NCBI GenBank assembly: GCA_964252035.1
Contig: OZ176209.1
DNA: 64,000 nt
Origin: Podarcis erhardii
Lineage: Eukaryota
Strand: one strand, 5' to 3'
Part shown: one piece after another, positions 45,074 to 57,469 of the stretch
How positions within the stretch are numbered: the stretch's first letter is position 1
Layout of the letters: each line of letters opens with the position of its first letter
Position numbers and translations under genes: made by a program
The notes under the pieces: generated by a model
Told to the model about the DNA's origin: nothing
What the model saw: the letters and a program-made list of their open reading frames with translations, nothing else
The model's database searches: none

Positions 45074-45443
45074 CTGAAATACAGAAGAATATGTGAGAAA
45101 ATATGGTAACAAAAATGTCTATTTAAATCTCTAATGAAGTTTAGCATGGCTGGTGACATTCAATCTTATAGAGGCACAATGCTTGTGTCATATGGACAGT
45201 TTTATTCTTCACAAGATACGCCACGGTGATTTGATTCATGATTTCTCTCCAATTCAACGATCAAAGCATTAGTTATATTTGAGTGTGGAAAATGTCAGCT
45301 TTTAATCAAATGAACTTCCAGACTTAATTATGAAAAAACAACTTTTCTTATTTTACTTGTATTTGTGAAACTATATATTTTAAATGCTACTGCAATCGTA
45401 AAAATCCATTTTTAAAGAGGAATGCTGGAAAGAATCCAACAAG

Positions 45444-45446
<3 letters not shown>

Positions 45447-45477
<31 letters not shown>
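45447..45477. repeat. (AC)n microsatellite
   Basis: About 15 units, read directly. Confidence 0.92.
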
Positions 45478-45479
<2 letters not shown>

Positions 45480-47484
45480 TATATTGCCCTCCTCTCTGCC
45501 AGAAGTCTGCAACAATTAAGTAAGGCATGCTAAGATAATTTCTTTCTCTAAAGTAACCACTGGTTTCCAACTTACCCAGAATCTATCTTGGTCCTAATTG
45601 GCAAAATGAGATTCACTTTGTTTTCTCTCAAATACATTGCCACATTTATTATATCCATCGCTATCCTTTCTTTTCTCATTCCCAAAATGATGCAACACTA
45701 AATCATGGTTTAGTATGTACAAGCCTGCTCTTCCTCCTCTCTCCTCCTCTGACACATCCATTTCCATTTTATACCAGCTGCAGTTTGTCTTTTCCTCCAA
45801 ATAGGGAACTGTGGTTAGTTTTAGTATGGTTTATCCAAACAGGCCAAGATCTGATTTCTGATCATACTACTCTTATGTCAAACCCAGTGGTCACTCTCAC
45901 CTTCACCATGGCCTATCTTTCTGTACATAAACGAGCACAAAATTAATATTAACAGATTTTCCTCTCACCAGGCATAACCTATATTTACCATTAAGCCACA
46001 GTGCAAAGATTTTGAGGTGGTGGGGGGGGGGGGGAGAGACAGAAAAACAGATGTGACAGAACAGGATAGGACTGTGTGCGTTTTACAAGATTAATATTTA
46101 TTAAACCCAGAACTGAACACACATAAGAAGGTCCTAATTTATATGGCATGGTCCCTTTGACCTGTGCTTCATGTTCCTTTGTACATAACCTAACAGTCTC
46201 AGAACTCTTCCTAAATAAACATTTATTCACAGGTGATTGAAACCTCAATCCACATTGGCACTTTGAGCAGTAAAATTATCTGAGTAGTAGTAACCAACTT
46301 GGAATTTGGGGGCCATGTAAAAAGTTAAAAAACTGTTGATATCATGAACTGCGATACAATACAAGCTACTGTCTAACTGGCATTCCAAGGGGCTTTTAGC
46401 CACCATTTTGCCCTATTAAATTTACTCCTACCAGCTCACTTTTAGTGCCTTATCAACAAAGGCTGTTGGCTCAGATGAATTGTTCCTGTTCTTTTAGAAG
46501 TATGAATTTCGATGAAAAGTCCCTGCTCTTATTGCATTGCAAAAACAGAACAAAACCCTGTTCTTCAGTTGCTCACCTACTAAAGGAAAACTACCAAATA
46601 CAACAAAATGATTTTGAATAAAAATGATACTTCCCTTGTTTTTAGACATATATGTTAACTGACTAATGAGGCATCCCTAATTAAAGGCTGCAGTTCTAAG
46701 TTATAACAGACTTTTATAAAACATTTTAATCTACAACTCAAAAAGGGGGGAAAACTGTTAGTAATCTGACAGGCAGCCCTTATCAGTTAGAACACTTAAT
46801 TGCATAGAGTTATGATCTATGTATTTTCATGCAGAACTATTCAAGGGAAAAGTCTTGAATTCAAATTACCTTCTTGTGATCTGATCACATGAAGTGATTA
46901 CAATACAAATTCAAAAGTCCACCGAAACAATTTAAAAAACAAACCAAAGGGAAGGAGGGAGGGAGGGAGAGCAAGTAAAGGACATGTTGTACTGTTCAGG
47001 GCTTCCAGCCATGTACACAAAGCCATTTGAGGGTCAAGCTAACATTGAGAAGCAGTGTTAGTTATGTATAAGCTAGTACACATCACATTTGGTCAACACA
47101 CATATCTACAACACATTGTACCTGCATATAATACGAAGTATGCCTTCCAGTTACTAGCAGAGCATGATTTAGATAATGCTGACTTAGTAGTGCAAACTTT
47201 GATGACTTATTATAGGCAAGAGACACACTGATATCTATTAGCACATTCTTCCAAACTACTTGGTCTTATTTATTCTGTGAAAAGAGCTGCTTACAGAGTA
47301 GTATCGAGGTGACTAGACAGGTAAGGTTTAAATCAGCCTTCCCCAATTAGCTGCCTTCCAGATGTTTTCCCCTACAAATCCCATTAGCCCCAGTCAGCAA
47401 GGGCAACGGTAAGGGATGATAAGAGCTCAAGAACAATGGCACTTGTTTGGGATTGACAAATATAAAGTTGCTTGTTTATTATTA

Positions 47485-47710
47485 CAGTGGTACCTCGGGT
47501 TACATATGCTTCAGGTTACAGACTCGGCTAACGCAGCAATAGTGCTTCAGGTTAAAAACTTTGCTTCAGGATGAGAACAGAAATCGTGCTCCGGCGGCGC
47601 AGCGGCAGCAGGAGGCCCTATTAGCTAAAGTGGTGCTTCAGGTTAAGAAAAGTTTCAGGCTAAGAACGGACCTCCGGAACGAATTAAGTACTTAACCCGA
47701 GGTACCACTG
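47485..47710. mobile_element. Tc1/mariner (Tigger/pogo-like) MITE
   Basis: Perfect 18-bp TIRs CAGTGGTACCTCGGGTTA, TA TSDs, internal gcttcaggtt repeats. Confidence 0.9.
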
Positions 47711-49226
47711 TATTTTACACCCTAAATGACCACCATAGGATTAGTAACAACTTGTGGGCTGATAATTTTTGTGAACCTATGCTCAGTATTGTATTAGCAT
47801 ACACCGAAGTATACTCACTAACCACAATAAAGGCCAGTGAATGGTTTGGAACAGTTAATATTTCAACTGAAAGAGGACTGATTCACTGATATACAATTGT
47901 TTTGTATCAAATAATGTAAATACTTTATTCCATTCTCGAAGTCATACCAGCTTTGCATATATAAAAGATAATCAATCATAACAAAAGATAATCAGAAAAA
48001 CTCTGTGTTATCTTTGAGCTAATATAGTGTAGTAGCTAAGAAGCAAGACAATGAAACCAAAGTCACCAGAGTGAGCATTCATGGAACAGGATGAAGGAAG
48101 TCTGAAGTGAATCAGACCTTCCTCTTTCATCAATTAGTTTCCAAGTACGTTAAATGGTACACTGGATAATAACGACATTTCCTCCTTTCAAGGCAATCCC
48201 CTGGATTAAGTATTTGCTGTCTTTGCACTGTTTTTGCAGAAGTTCCTGCTTGCTATTACATGCCAATTTAAACTATAGCCTACTCTGTCACTTACATAAA
48301 TTTTTGTGTGTTAACTATTTTTAAAGCATTTTAGAATCAAGTGAGCATAGCTCTCTTTCACACTACTTGTGTTGAAAACTGGGTTAATATATTTGCACTA
48401 AGCTTTCTTTCACAGCAGTTCAAAATGGCAAGTGAACGATATGCTGAAAAGCAACTTCAGAGCCAAAAATAAATTCTTAACTGCTCAACCAAGCACCAGA
48501 ATATAGTATCTGTATTAAAGTGGCATAGGTTAACACAGCACTTATCAAAATAAAGAGTGCTTAATACTCCATATCTTTGTCAAGTGTAATTAACTTACAT
48601 TAGCCCGTTTAAACATTCCTATTCCTTCCAACCGCACAAGACAGGCACCACCATTAAATTACATTAACTGAAACTTTTGATTACCTTTCATTCTTGCAGA
48701 GACAAACCTGCATTTTGTGCATAGTTATGGTTGGGCCCCATGCCTCCTTCACTTGTGTATGAGAAGAGTTATTCAAGAACCCATATCTAGTATATCATCT
48801 AGTATATCAAGGATACTAGATGTATTCCTTTGCCCCCTCTTCTGCACAGTTTGCTGGTGTGCTTGTTCATCCTAGTCAGAAAGCCCTAGAAAGTCCTAGT
48901 ACTGTATCTAGATTTCCAGGCATTATCTAGGTAATTGTGCCAACATTATTTTCCATGCACATGGAGACCATAATTCCTAAACAGATCCACACTAAACCTG
49001 AGTCTCAGCTGTCCTTTCTCCACTTAATTTGCACCAAAACCATTACATCCATACTTAAGTCCAGATACTTAATATTTTGAAGTCAGGACTGCCACAGCAT
49101 AGCACCCAACACATGAAAGTAGTTATAGAACAGATCTATACAGAATTCTCTACAGAAGCATCATGACCCCCTATTTCCCATCATATGACTTAAATGAATG
49201 CAAGCTAGTATAACTGAAATTCTTAC

Positions 49227-49313
49227 CTCTTTACCACAGTCTGTGTGAGAACAACAACAGTGTGAATTTATGATGACAAACACTGGGCAAAAATCTCTCT
49301 TGGAAAGATCCAT
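49227..49313 (-). CDS. WNK1: WNK1 exon 4a coding part: kidney-specific (KS-WNK1) first exon, MDLSKRDFCPVFVIINSHCCCSHTDCGKE
   Basis: ATG at 49313-49311; GAG|GTAAGA phase-0 donor joins exon 5 in frame; lies in intron 4. Matches human MDIKKKDFCSVFVIINSHCCCCPQKDCINE (recalled). Confidence 0.95.
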
Positions 49314-49711
49314 TAGGAGACTCAGAGGCAAATATGCTGAGAGACTTGTGCACGCAAAAGGAGAATGGACTGTTAAAGTCCACACTTAACGCACAGCAGA
49401 AGGAAAGCAGGGATAAAGCTTTGAAGGAAGCATAGTCTTCTCTACAGTTTTGCCTTCCCTCATCCTGTGTCAGCCTGTAGAAATCAGAACTCTGTTTTCC
49501 ACTGGCCAAGCCCCTTGACACACAGCAATAATAAATGCCATGGAACAGGTAAGCCTTCTTAGGGCTCCTCCCATTTCATCCTTCCCTGCTATTTCAGGCA
49601 AATTGGCATCTTCTTTTGCAAAACCCAGAATAGTCTCTGTCCAAGCTTCCCTGTTCTATCATGCAGAGTATTAAAAAGAATGTAGCTGAAACTGAAGTGT
49701 CTTGATGATTC

Positions 49712-49719
49712 TATTTATA
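49712..49719 (-). promoter_or_regulatory. Candidate TATA box for the KS-WNK1 promoter
   Basis: TATAAATA on the minus strand about 400 nt upstream of the exon 4a ATG, with a second TATAAAT adjacent. Position-based inference only. Confidence 0.3.
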
Positions 49720-50047
49720 ATTTATAATTTAAGGCACAACCACTTGACTGGCATTATAGCAATTATATTAATTAATCTGATAGCACCACTAGGATGTTAC
49801 TTAGTCAAACGCAGCTACAGAACTCCTCTTTCTACCTAGATTACTGTATTCTTTTTATAAGTAGTCACACAACCTATTTTCTAATTTTACTCCACACTGG
49901 GAGCAAATAATGGAACTATGTCCCTGCATTTACCTATGCCTCTACATTTTGCTCTTTTGCCAGTTATCTTATGGACTGTTGAAAAGTTTTACAAGGAAAC
50001 CACATGCAGCACTAAAATACCATTGTTAGAAACTGGGATATGAATGC

Positions 50048-50501
50048 TAGGAGCCATGTGGCTCCTGGGACCTAGGTTGTGGGCACCAAAACAAAATGTC
50101 TAGACACCATTGGGGTAGGCGGCTGCTCCACTACCAGACCAGGCAGCCCTGCAGTAAAAAATAAAAAATGCTGCCAGGTAGATCAGGGGTCTGCAGGGTA
50201 GACACGTCTTTTGTTACCGCTCTGCCCCACCAAACACCTGATTCACCTGGCAGCAATTTATTTTATTTTTATTTGCTGCCTGGTAAATCAGGGGGTCTGC
50301 AGGGTAGCACAGTACCCCACCAAACACCTGATTTACCCAGCAGCAAAATTAGGCACATCTTTTGCTGCTGTGCAAATCAGGTGTTTGCCGGGATAGTGTT
50401 GCAACAAAAGACAAGTGTATTTTGCTGCTGCTGCTGTCCCCTGCAGACCAGCTGACTGCACCCAGAAAGGTGGAGATGCTAGGCGCCAAGGGTGGCTCCT
50501 G
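50048..50501. repeat. Foldback/MITE-like element with ~105-bp internal units made of inverted repeats
   Basis: Ends taggagcca / tggctcctg; alternating tgctgccaggtagatcagg and cctgattcacctggcagca arms. Confidence 0.5.
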
Positions 50502-51606
50502 AACATCTCCATCCAGTCGCAAAAGGCCCAGCTAATTTTGAATGCTGAATATAACTGAGAACATCAGCTACCTCTGCCAAAGCTGGAGAGCACCTTTAAT
50601 ACACTCTTAGCCCCTTGTTCTTCCCAAGCTACTGGGCAAGACAAAACATGACATTGCTTTTCCACACTGACTCATCACATGCCCATTTTAACTGGTATTC
50701 AGATGACAACATCCACAAAACAATCCAAGTCTTTCTACTGAAAAGACACCAATCTGCTAGATACCATGTTGGTGCATAGCAGTGGCAGGTTTCATAGAAA
50801 AGATAGAAGAGTGGCCGTGCCAGCAGGACTGCTAAGGGAGGGGAGGGATTGTAAGAAGATTGGAAACTTTTTCCAATTTTAGATATACAAGAAACTCATG
50901 CAAGATCACATTCAGATCACATGTAGTTAATTGAATATGCATCTGTGTCACTGTGTATCCACATCAGGAAGCCACAACCCGTGCCTACTGCCCTCCCGTG
51001 AGATCACACACAACTATTTGTGCACAATTTACATGCAGTTTCCTACATGGAAGTGCTAAGAAGTGATAGCTGATAATAGTATTTAGGATTTCCCCCAAAC
51101 AAGGGGATTAACAATAGAGTCTGAAAGGAATTTTACTCTAATTGCTTTAATCTTCTTTTAGACTTTGCCATTAATTATGTTGGCCCATGAACTCTAGAGT
51201 CAAGCTGCAAGGTACTTTGAAAAACCTCCATTACTTTTTTACTAAGCTATTTCAGTACTGGTTTGAGCTAGATGTAGGCTGCTACAAACCGTTAAAGGAA
51301 ATGTTAAAAGAACTCATGATCCTAATGGAAAACAAAGTTAACCCCTTCCTCCCAACCCTGAGGCAATACTATGCAAGGTAATTTAATTTACTCCATGCAT
51401 CTTATGAAATGCAAATTTCTGTTATGTTACCCAATCCATGCTTAAGCACTTCATTCCTGACTCTACAGCTTGCCCAGCTAAACTTCAATTTTAAATACCA
51501 ATATCCAATCCAAATTATGGTGTTTTTTCTTACCGGTATTACAGCTTGCTATGCCCTAGTAATGCACATAATACTCACCCCTACTTAGTGGTATGAACAC
51601 ATTTTA

Positions 51607-52128
51607 CCGTATTTTTCGCTCCATAAGGCACACCTGACCATAAGGCGCACCTAGTTTTTAGAGGGGGAAATCAAGAAAAAATATTATTTCCCCACCCCCA
51701 TCCCCAAAGAGCAACAGATAGGCTGCACGCAGCCTGACCGCTTCTCCCAGAGCTTCTTGGGGCTGCCGGATGGATCCCGCTCGCTGTCTTGGCTTCTTTA
51801 GCCGTGCGCAGCCTCTCCGACCAAGAGAGGCTGCGCGCGGCTATGGCAATTCCCCCACCTCCCACAAAAGCCCACAGGAGCCGCGCACCCTTTAAGGAGC
51901 GCGTGGCTCCTGCGGGCTTTTCTACGAGGAGGGAGAAGGGACTGACTGGCCGTGTCAATCCCTTCTCCCTCCTGGGGAAAAGCCCACAAGAGCCGCGCTG
52001 AGCTTGTGTGTGGCTTTCGGGGGCTTTTCCTGCCTGCCTCCCTCCTGCATTCGCTTCATAAGACGCACACACATTTCCCCTTACTTTTTAGGAGGGAAAA
52101 AGTGCATCTTATGGAGCAAAAAATACAG
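51607..52128. mobile_element. Tc1/mariner non-autonomous element
   Basis: TIRs CCGTATTTTTCGCTCCATAAG / CTTATGGAGCAAAAAATACAG, TA TSDs, CpG-rich interior with a hairpin at ~51866-51921. Confidence 0.88.
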
Positions 52129-53848
52129 TATTTCAGGATTTCTCAGAATACTTTCCATGCCTTAGAGATACTGAATTTTACCACCATAGTCCACATTTTG
52201 TGAACCAGCACTGCAGTACTGTCTTCATCATAACAGCTTTTATCCTGCACAACTAGTTTGACTCTCCTTTCCCCACCTTCATCCCCATCTTTGACTTTCC
52301 AGTGTACGTTTGGGAAGTTTTGTTCTCCAGTTTATTCCTATCAAGTGAATGGTTATATTATGATGGGGGGGTGTGGAGTTACTTCACAATGTGCATCTTC
52401 ATAAATCCAATGTAGTTCTCACTTATTAACACTGCTAGTCATTGCACTTCCTTAAACATATCCAGAGGATGGGCTGAACTTGTTGCTCTGCTGGAGGCAG
52501 TATGTGAAAGGGGGAATTAGGCATAAGCATGAGAGAAGACAAACAGTGAAGAATGAAGTAGTGAGTGGGGTCAACTGGCAGTGTAATACACAGTGGAAGG
52601 TGGAAGGAAGATCAGTGATGACGTGGAACAGTGCTTATGAAGGAGGCACTGAATTCCTCTGATAGCTGGCTCTGCCTCTGCCTCTGCCTCTACCCCCCAT
52701 CTTCCCTCTCTCTCTCGACATTTCAGTTCCATTCTGGGAATTATACTCTGTGAGTTCACATTGTGAACCTTGGTTGGGGTTCCCTCCCGGGACCACTGGG
52801 GCTAGAGCAGGATGCAGATCCTGTACTGCTCATGACGAGACAAATGGTGCACTGTCTGTGCATGGCCATCTACCCAAATGCACACAGGCACTTGCATGGC
52901 CCCAGGGTGGGTGGGGGTGACAACCTTTCAAATGCCATGTAGATCCTCCCACTTTCTAATGCACTAATCCTGGCACACTGCTGCCTCAGAAAGGCAAAGG
53001 GCTGCAATGTGGATCTGGCCCTGGAGTGAATCTGAAATTACTTTCCTGATGTGTTTGGGTTATTATATCCTAGCCTAGTAAATCCAAGTAATCAAACAAG
53101 TAATCATCATCAGATCCCTGAGGATTCACAAATCAGTTTATGAATTGGTTACAGTAATTTTGTTCAGAGGGAGGTTACCTTCACTGCAGTGTAGAGACAG
53201 GCAAGTCTCAAATATAGTTCCATTTTAGGATCTCCTACACATCTTTGACTCCACAGTCCATACCTATTTCAACACTTTACAGCAGATACTTTCATTAAAG
53301 TGTTGCTTGGATGAATGAAATGCACTATGTTACCTTATAAATACCCACTAAAGAGACAGATTCACAGCTTATTTTGATTGCTAGAACTGAACGTAGGGGG
53401 TAGAAACTTTAAAAATGCAAATGAACTAGTCCTGTGATGACTTGTCAGTTGACTTGCAGTTAAATGTGTGAACTTCCTCTGTAGAAAGTACAGTCATACA
53501 GAAGCTCCATCTATAATGTTTCATCTGTGATAGCTGTTTGCATTAAGTGGGGAAAACGCATGTGGGAACTGATCGTTCTAAAAGACCAGACTAAATATAT
53601 TCAGCCCAGTTTCATTCCTAGACAATTAGTGGCATTATATAGGCAAACATGTACAAAAAAATGGCCAACAATCAAGCTAGACAAAACATTAAATTCATGA
53701 TGACAGTCAAACTTTTTAAAAAGGTTTTTAAAGGCACAGGGAGATCATAACTGCAGAGTATGGGGAGGAGAGATTTAATTATTCCCCACAAACATTGCAG
53801 TACTGATGAAGCAGGTATTGGCATTAATGGCATCTTATGGGAGGTGGT

Positions 53849-54255
53849 GAGCTGGACCATAAAGAAGGCTGATCACCGAAGAATTGATGCTTTTGAATTA
53901 TGGTGCTGGAGGAGACTCTTGAGAGTCCCATGGACTGCAAGAAGATCAAACCTCTCCATTCTGAAGGAAATCAGCCCTGAGTGCTCACTGGAAGGGCAGA
54001 TCGTGAAGCTGAGGCTCCAATACTTTGGCCACCTCATGAGAAGAGAAAACTCCCTGGAAAAGACCCTGATGTTGGGAAAGATTGAGGGCACAAGGAGAAG
54101 GGGACGACAGAGGACGAGATGGTTGGATAGTGTTCTTGAAGCTACAATGAGTTTGACCAAACTGCGGGAGGCAGTGGAAGACAGGAGTGCCTGGCGTGCT
54201 CTGGCCCATGGGGTCACAAAGAGTCGGACATGACTAAACAACTAAACAACAACAA
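53849..54255 (+). mobile_element. BovB (RTE) LINE 3' fragment
   Basis: Translates WTIKKADHRRIDAFELWCWRRLLRVPWTARRSN...GVTKSRT; (AAC)n tail. Confidence 0.95.
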
Positions 54256-54500
54256 CCATTGTCATAAAGAACAGATTATATTCCATCCTAAAGCTGTGCA
54301 GCATACCCAGAACCTCCTAATTGGAAGCTTTGTACTTTGAGCAGGCAGCATAAGCTAGGACAAGGATAGTCAACCTTGTGTTCTCCAGGTGTTGTGGACT
54401 ACAACTCCAAACAGCTCTAGAGGGCATTACAGCGGCTACTTCTGTACTTGCACAACTCAAGACCACTAGGAAATGGTGAAGGGGACAATTGCTCTGGTGG

Positions 54501-54878
54501 TGTCACGGACTGGGCAGAGGAGGAATGGTGGAGACTGCCTCTCCAGCCTGACCCTTCCAGAGAAGAAGAAGACAGTTCAGAATTACAACAGGGGTTTGAG
54601 GGAGATGAAGGGAGAAGTTGGGAAATAATGGAAGAGGGAGGAAGAGGAAGAGCCGGAACAGCTGGCTGACATGTTATTACTAGAAAACATTCCAGACCCC
54701 CCTTCTTCCAGAACCCAACAAGTCTTAAAAGTAGGAGAGCAAAGTGCTCAGAAGCAAAGGGCCCTCAGCGCCACCCATAGAAGGGATGACGAATGAGGAA
54801 GTGGGAGAGAAGGGGAGGGGAGATTTACTCAGAGCAACACGATTAATCCAAGAGGCTGCATTTCTAAGCCTCTCTCTG
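54501..54878 (+). mobile_element. Probable LTR-derived fragment, interrupted by BovB
   Basis: Starts TGTCACGGACTGG with a purine-rich body resembling lacertid solo LTRs; no 3' end or TSD visible. Confidence 0.4.
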
Positions 54879-55175
54879 TGAAGGAAATCAGCCCTGAGCG
54901 CTCACTGTAAGGGCAGATCGTGAAGCTGAGGCTCCAGTACTTTGGCCACCTCATGAGAAGAGAAGACTCCCTGGAAAAGACCCTGATGTTGGGAAAGATT
55001 GAGGGCACAAGGAGAAGGGGATGACAGAGGACGAGATGGTTGGATAGTGTTCTCGAAGCTACCAGCATGAGTTTGACTAAACTGCGGGAGGCAGTGGAAG
55101 ACAGAAGTGCCTGGCGTGCTCTTGTCCATGGGGTCATGAAGAGTCGGACACGACTAAATGACTAAACAACAACAA
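54879..55175 (+). mobile_element. BovB (RTE) LINE 3' fragment, second copy
   Basis: Highly similar to 53964-54255; (AAC)n tail. Confidence 0.93.
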
Positions 55176-55734
55176 ATGGGAGGGGGAGAGAAGTCAGCAA
55201 GTTAAATGCATTCACATATTTAAATATCACTATCTTGGCCCTAAGTTCAATGAGGACATGGGTCAGTAGCAAAATTCAGTACTATAATAACAAAGTGCAA
55301 TAGCATAATAGATAAGATGGTCTCTTTATATAGTACAGATTCAAGAGCCATCAGGAGCAAAACACACTCAACATGTTTCGGCCACCTTTAAATAGTTTAA
55401 AACTGCCATAGACCTCTGCAGAGTTTCATTTTTTTAAAAACCCCTTTGGCTCTTCACAGTGAACTGCGAAGGTGGGCATGACTCTTGCAATGATGGAACA
55501 AGCTCTCTTGAACGCTACCCATTCTGGCTGATGAAAGCCAGGGGGGAGGGGGGGGCTGATCAGGTCAGTCCAGGGTGTGGAGAACATGCCACTGTGCAAT
55601 GAAGTGGGGCTTGCTGGTCTTAAAAAAGCAGTGGCACATTCACTCTTGAAGAGGTTTACAATAAGTACCACCTGGTCACCAATACTCGCTTCTAGGGCAA
55701 GGTGGTGGCAAAGGAGCTGCAGGATATTTTGTTT

Positions 55735-56200
55735 CTTCATTTGGTTTTGGTTCATTTGGGTTTTTTGTTCGTTTGTTCATTTGGTTTGTTCATTCATATG
55801 GTTTATTCATTTGGTTCATTTTGTTTTAATTTGTATACCACCCTTCATAGATCATAGGGCAGTTTACAGCAAAACACACAAAATGATTACACAAAATACA
55901 TAGCAAGAAAAAGAAAACAAACCCATTAATGCCCCCTTCCACAAGAACATTTAAAAGGCCATAGATTGCTTAATCAGCCAATGGTCTGGTTACAGAGAAA
56001 CGTTTTCATCTGGCACCTAAAAGTAAGTAAAGAAGGCTCATGATGAGCCTCCTGGGAACAGCATTCCACAAACAGGGAGCCACCGCAGAAAAGGCCTGTC
56101 CTCATGTTGCCACCCTCCAGACCTCTCATGGAAGAAGCACACGAAGAAGGGCTTCAGATGATGTTAGCATGGTTTGAGTCGGTTCATATGGGGAGAAGCA
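55735..56200 (-). mobile_element. L2 LINE 3' fragment with (TTCAT)-like tail
   Basis: Minus strand ggccttttctgcggtggctccctgtttgtggaatgct is the SxVAPxLWNxLP-type L2 motif; L2-like 3' UTR follows. Confidence 0.65.
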
Positions 56201-56575
56201 GTCCTTGAATACAAACTATCTGGATCCAGTTCTATCTGGAATCAGGCTTGGTTTGGTGACTAAATCAGCCTCTGTTGCCCTGATGACCTGTACCAAGAAC
56301 AAGGCAAGGAGAATGCATCTTTGGCTCCTACTTTTCAATCTGTTGAAATTTTTTGATACCACCGACAGCAGTATCCTCCTGGACTAGTTCTGTGAGGAGG
56401 TTACTGGAGTCTTCCTGAACTTATTGGGATTTCCTCCTGAGCAAACATCCATAATATTGGGATGAAAATCTCAAATAACGAGGTTCTTAATGAATGAATC
56501 CTAGAACTTAAACATAAAGCCTAACATTTTAAGACAGATGTGTTATTTTAAGATATGATTCTATGGTTCTATTTT

Positions 56576-56740
56576 CCGTATTTTTCGCTCCATAGGACGC
56601 ACCTGACCAAAAGAAGCACCAAGTTTTTAGATCAGGAAAACAAGAAAAAAAATATCTGACTCAGATGTTGTACTAAACTATTGAAAACAGCAAAGTGGGT
56701 GGCTCCTGTCCACTTTGCTGCTTTAAAGCGAGCCACGGTA
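56576..56740. mobile_element. Left end of a Tc1/mariner element (same family as 51607-52128)
   Basis: CCGTATTTTTCGCTCCATAGGACGCACCTGACC matches the left TIR region at 51607. Confidence 0.7.
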
Positions 56741-57469
56741 TATATTGAAGAGAATGGAAAAAGGACAGACATTCCATTATAATTTTAGCTGTTTTCATTA
56801 TCACTGGGAAGTCAGTATTGGCAGCAGTCACAAAAACTAAAATTTGAGCATTTTACTGTTATTAATCAAGAATATTAATAGTCAGGGAGAGAAACCAGGG
56901 CTGTGCAAATGAGAAGTGCTTGGAGTATGGAGGAACAGCAAAGAGATCACATGATTGCGCTCCAGTTCCTAAATCTCTGAAGTTTTCTCAAAACAGGCAT
57001 GGTTGTTTTGAAAGGAAGATTCAAAATGGGGTGACTCAGCAAAGAACAGAGGAGGAAAAGAGGGCAGATAAATAGCTTCCATTCAATAACAAGAGAACAC
57101 AATGTTTTTGGTTTGGTATAGGTGGACTGTACTTGTAAGAATTTGTATAATGAATTATAGATTTGGAGTGGAATATCAGTGCCTCTTTTCAGCAATAAAG
57201 ATTAGCTGCTAGGAACATGGTCCACACACAAACACACAGGATGTCTGGTTATAGTTGTGCAGTTTAAACTGTTCCTGAGCCAGATGCCTGCTCAGTTGTA
57301 GCTGAGCTCAGTATTACTGGTTTGTGGAGATGCTTTGCATGTATTTATGACTATTTCTGCAAAACTGCTACTTGAAGAAATCCCCAAACTTAATATTTTT
57401 AAACTTCAAATGGAGCTCAGAATCCAGTTAGGCAATCCTTTGCAGTTGAATTAGGAGGCACTGAGAGAC

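Noticed and set aside
45930-48660. HNF1-like GTTAAT half-sites near exon 4a
   Set aside because: None matches the full 13-bp consensus well; AT-rich background makes them uninformative.
53760-54233. 157-aa ORF
   Set aside because: C-terminus of BovB ORF from a truncated insertion, not a host gene.
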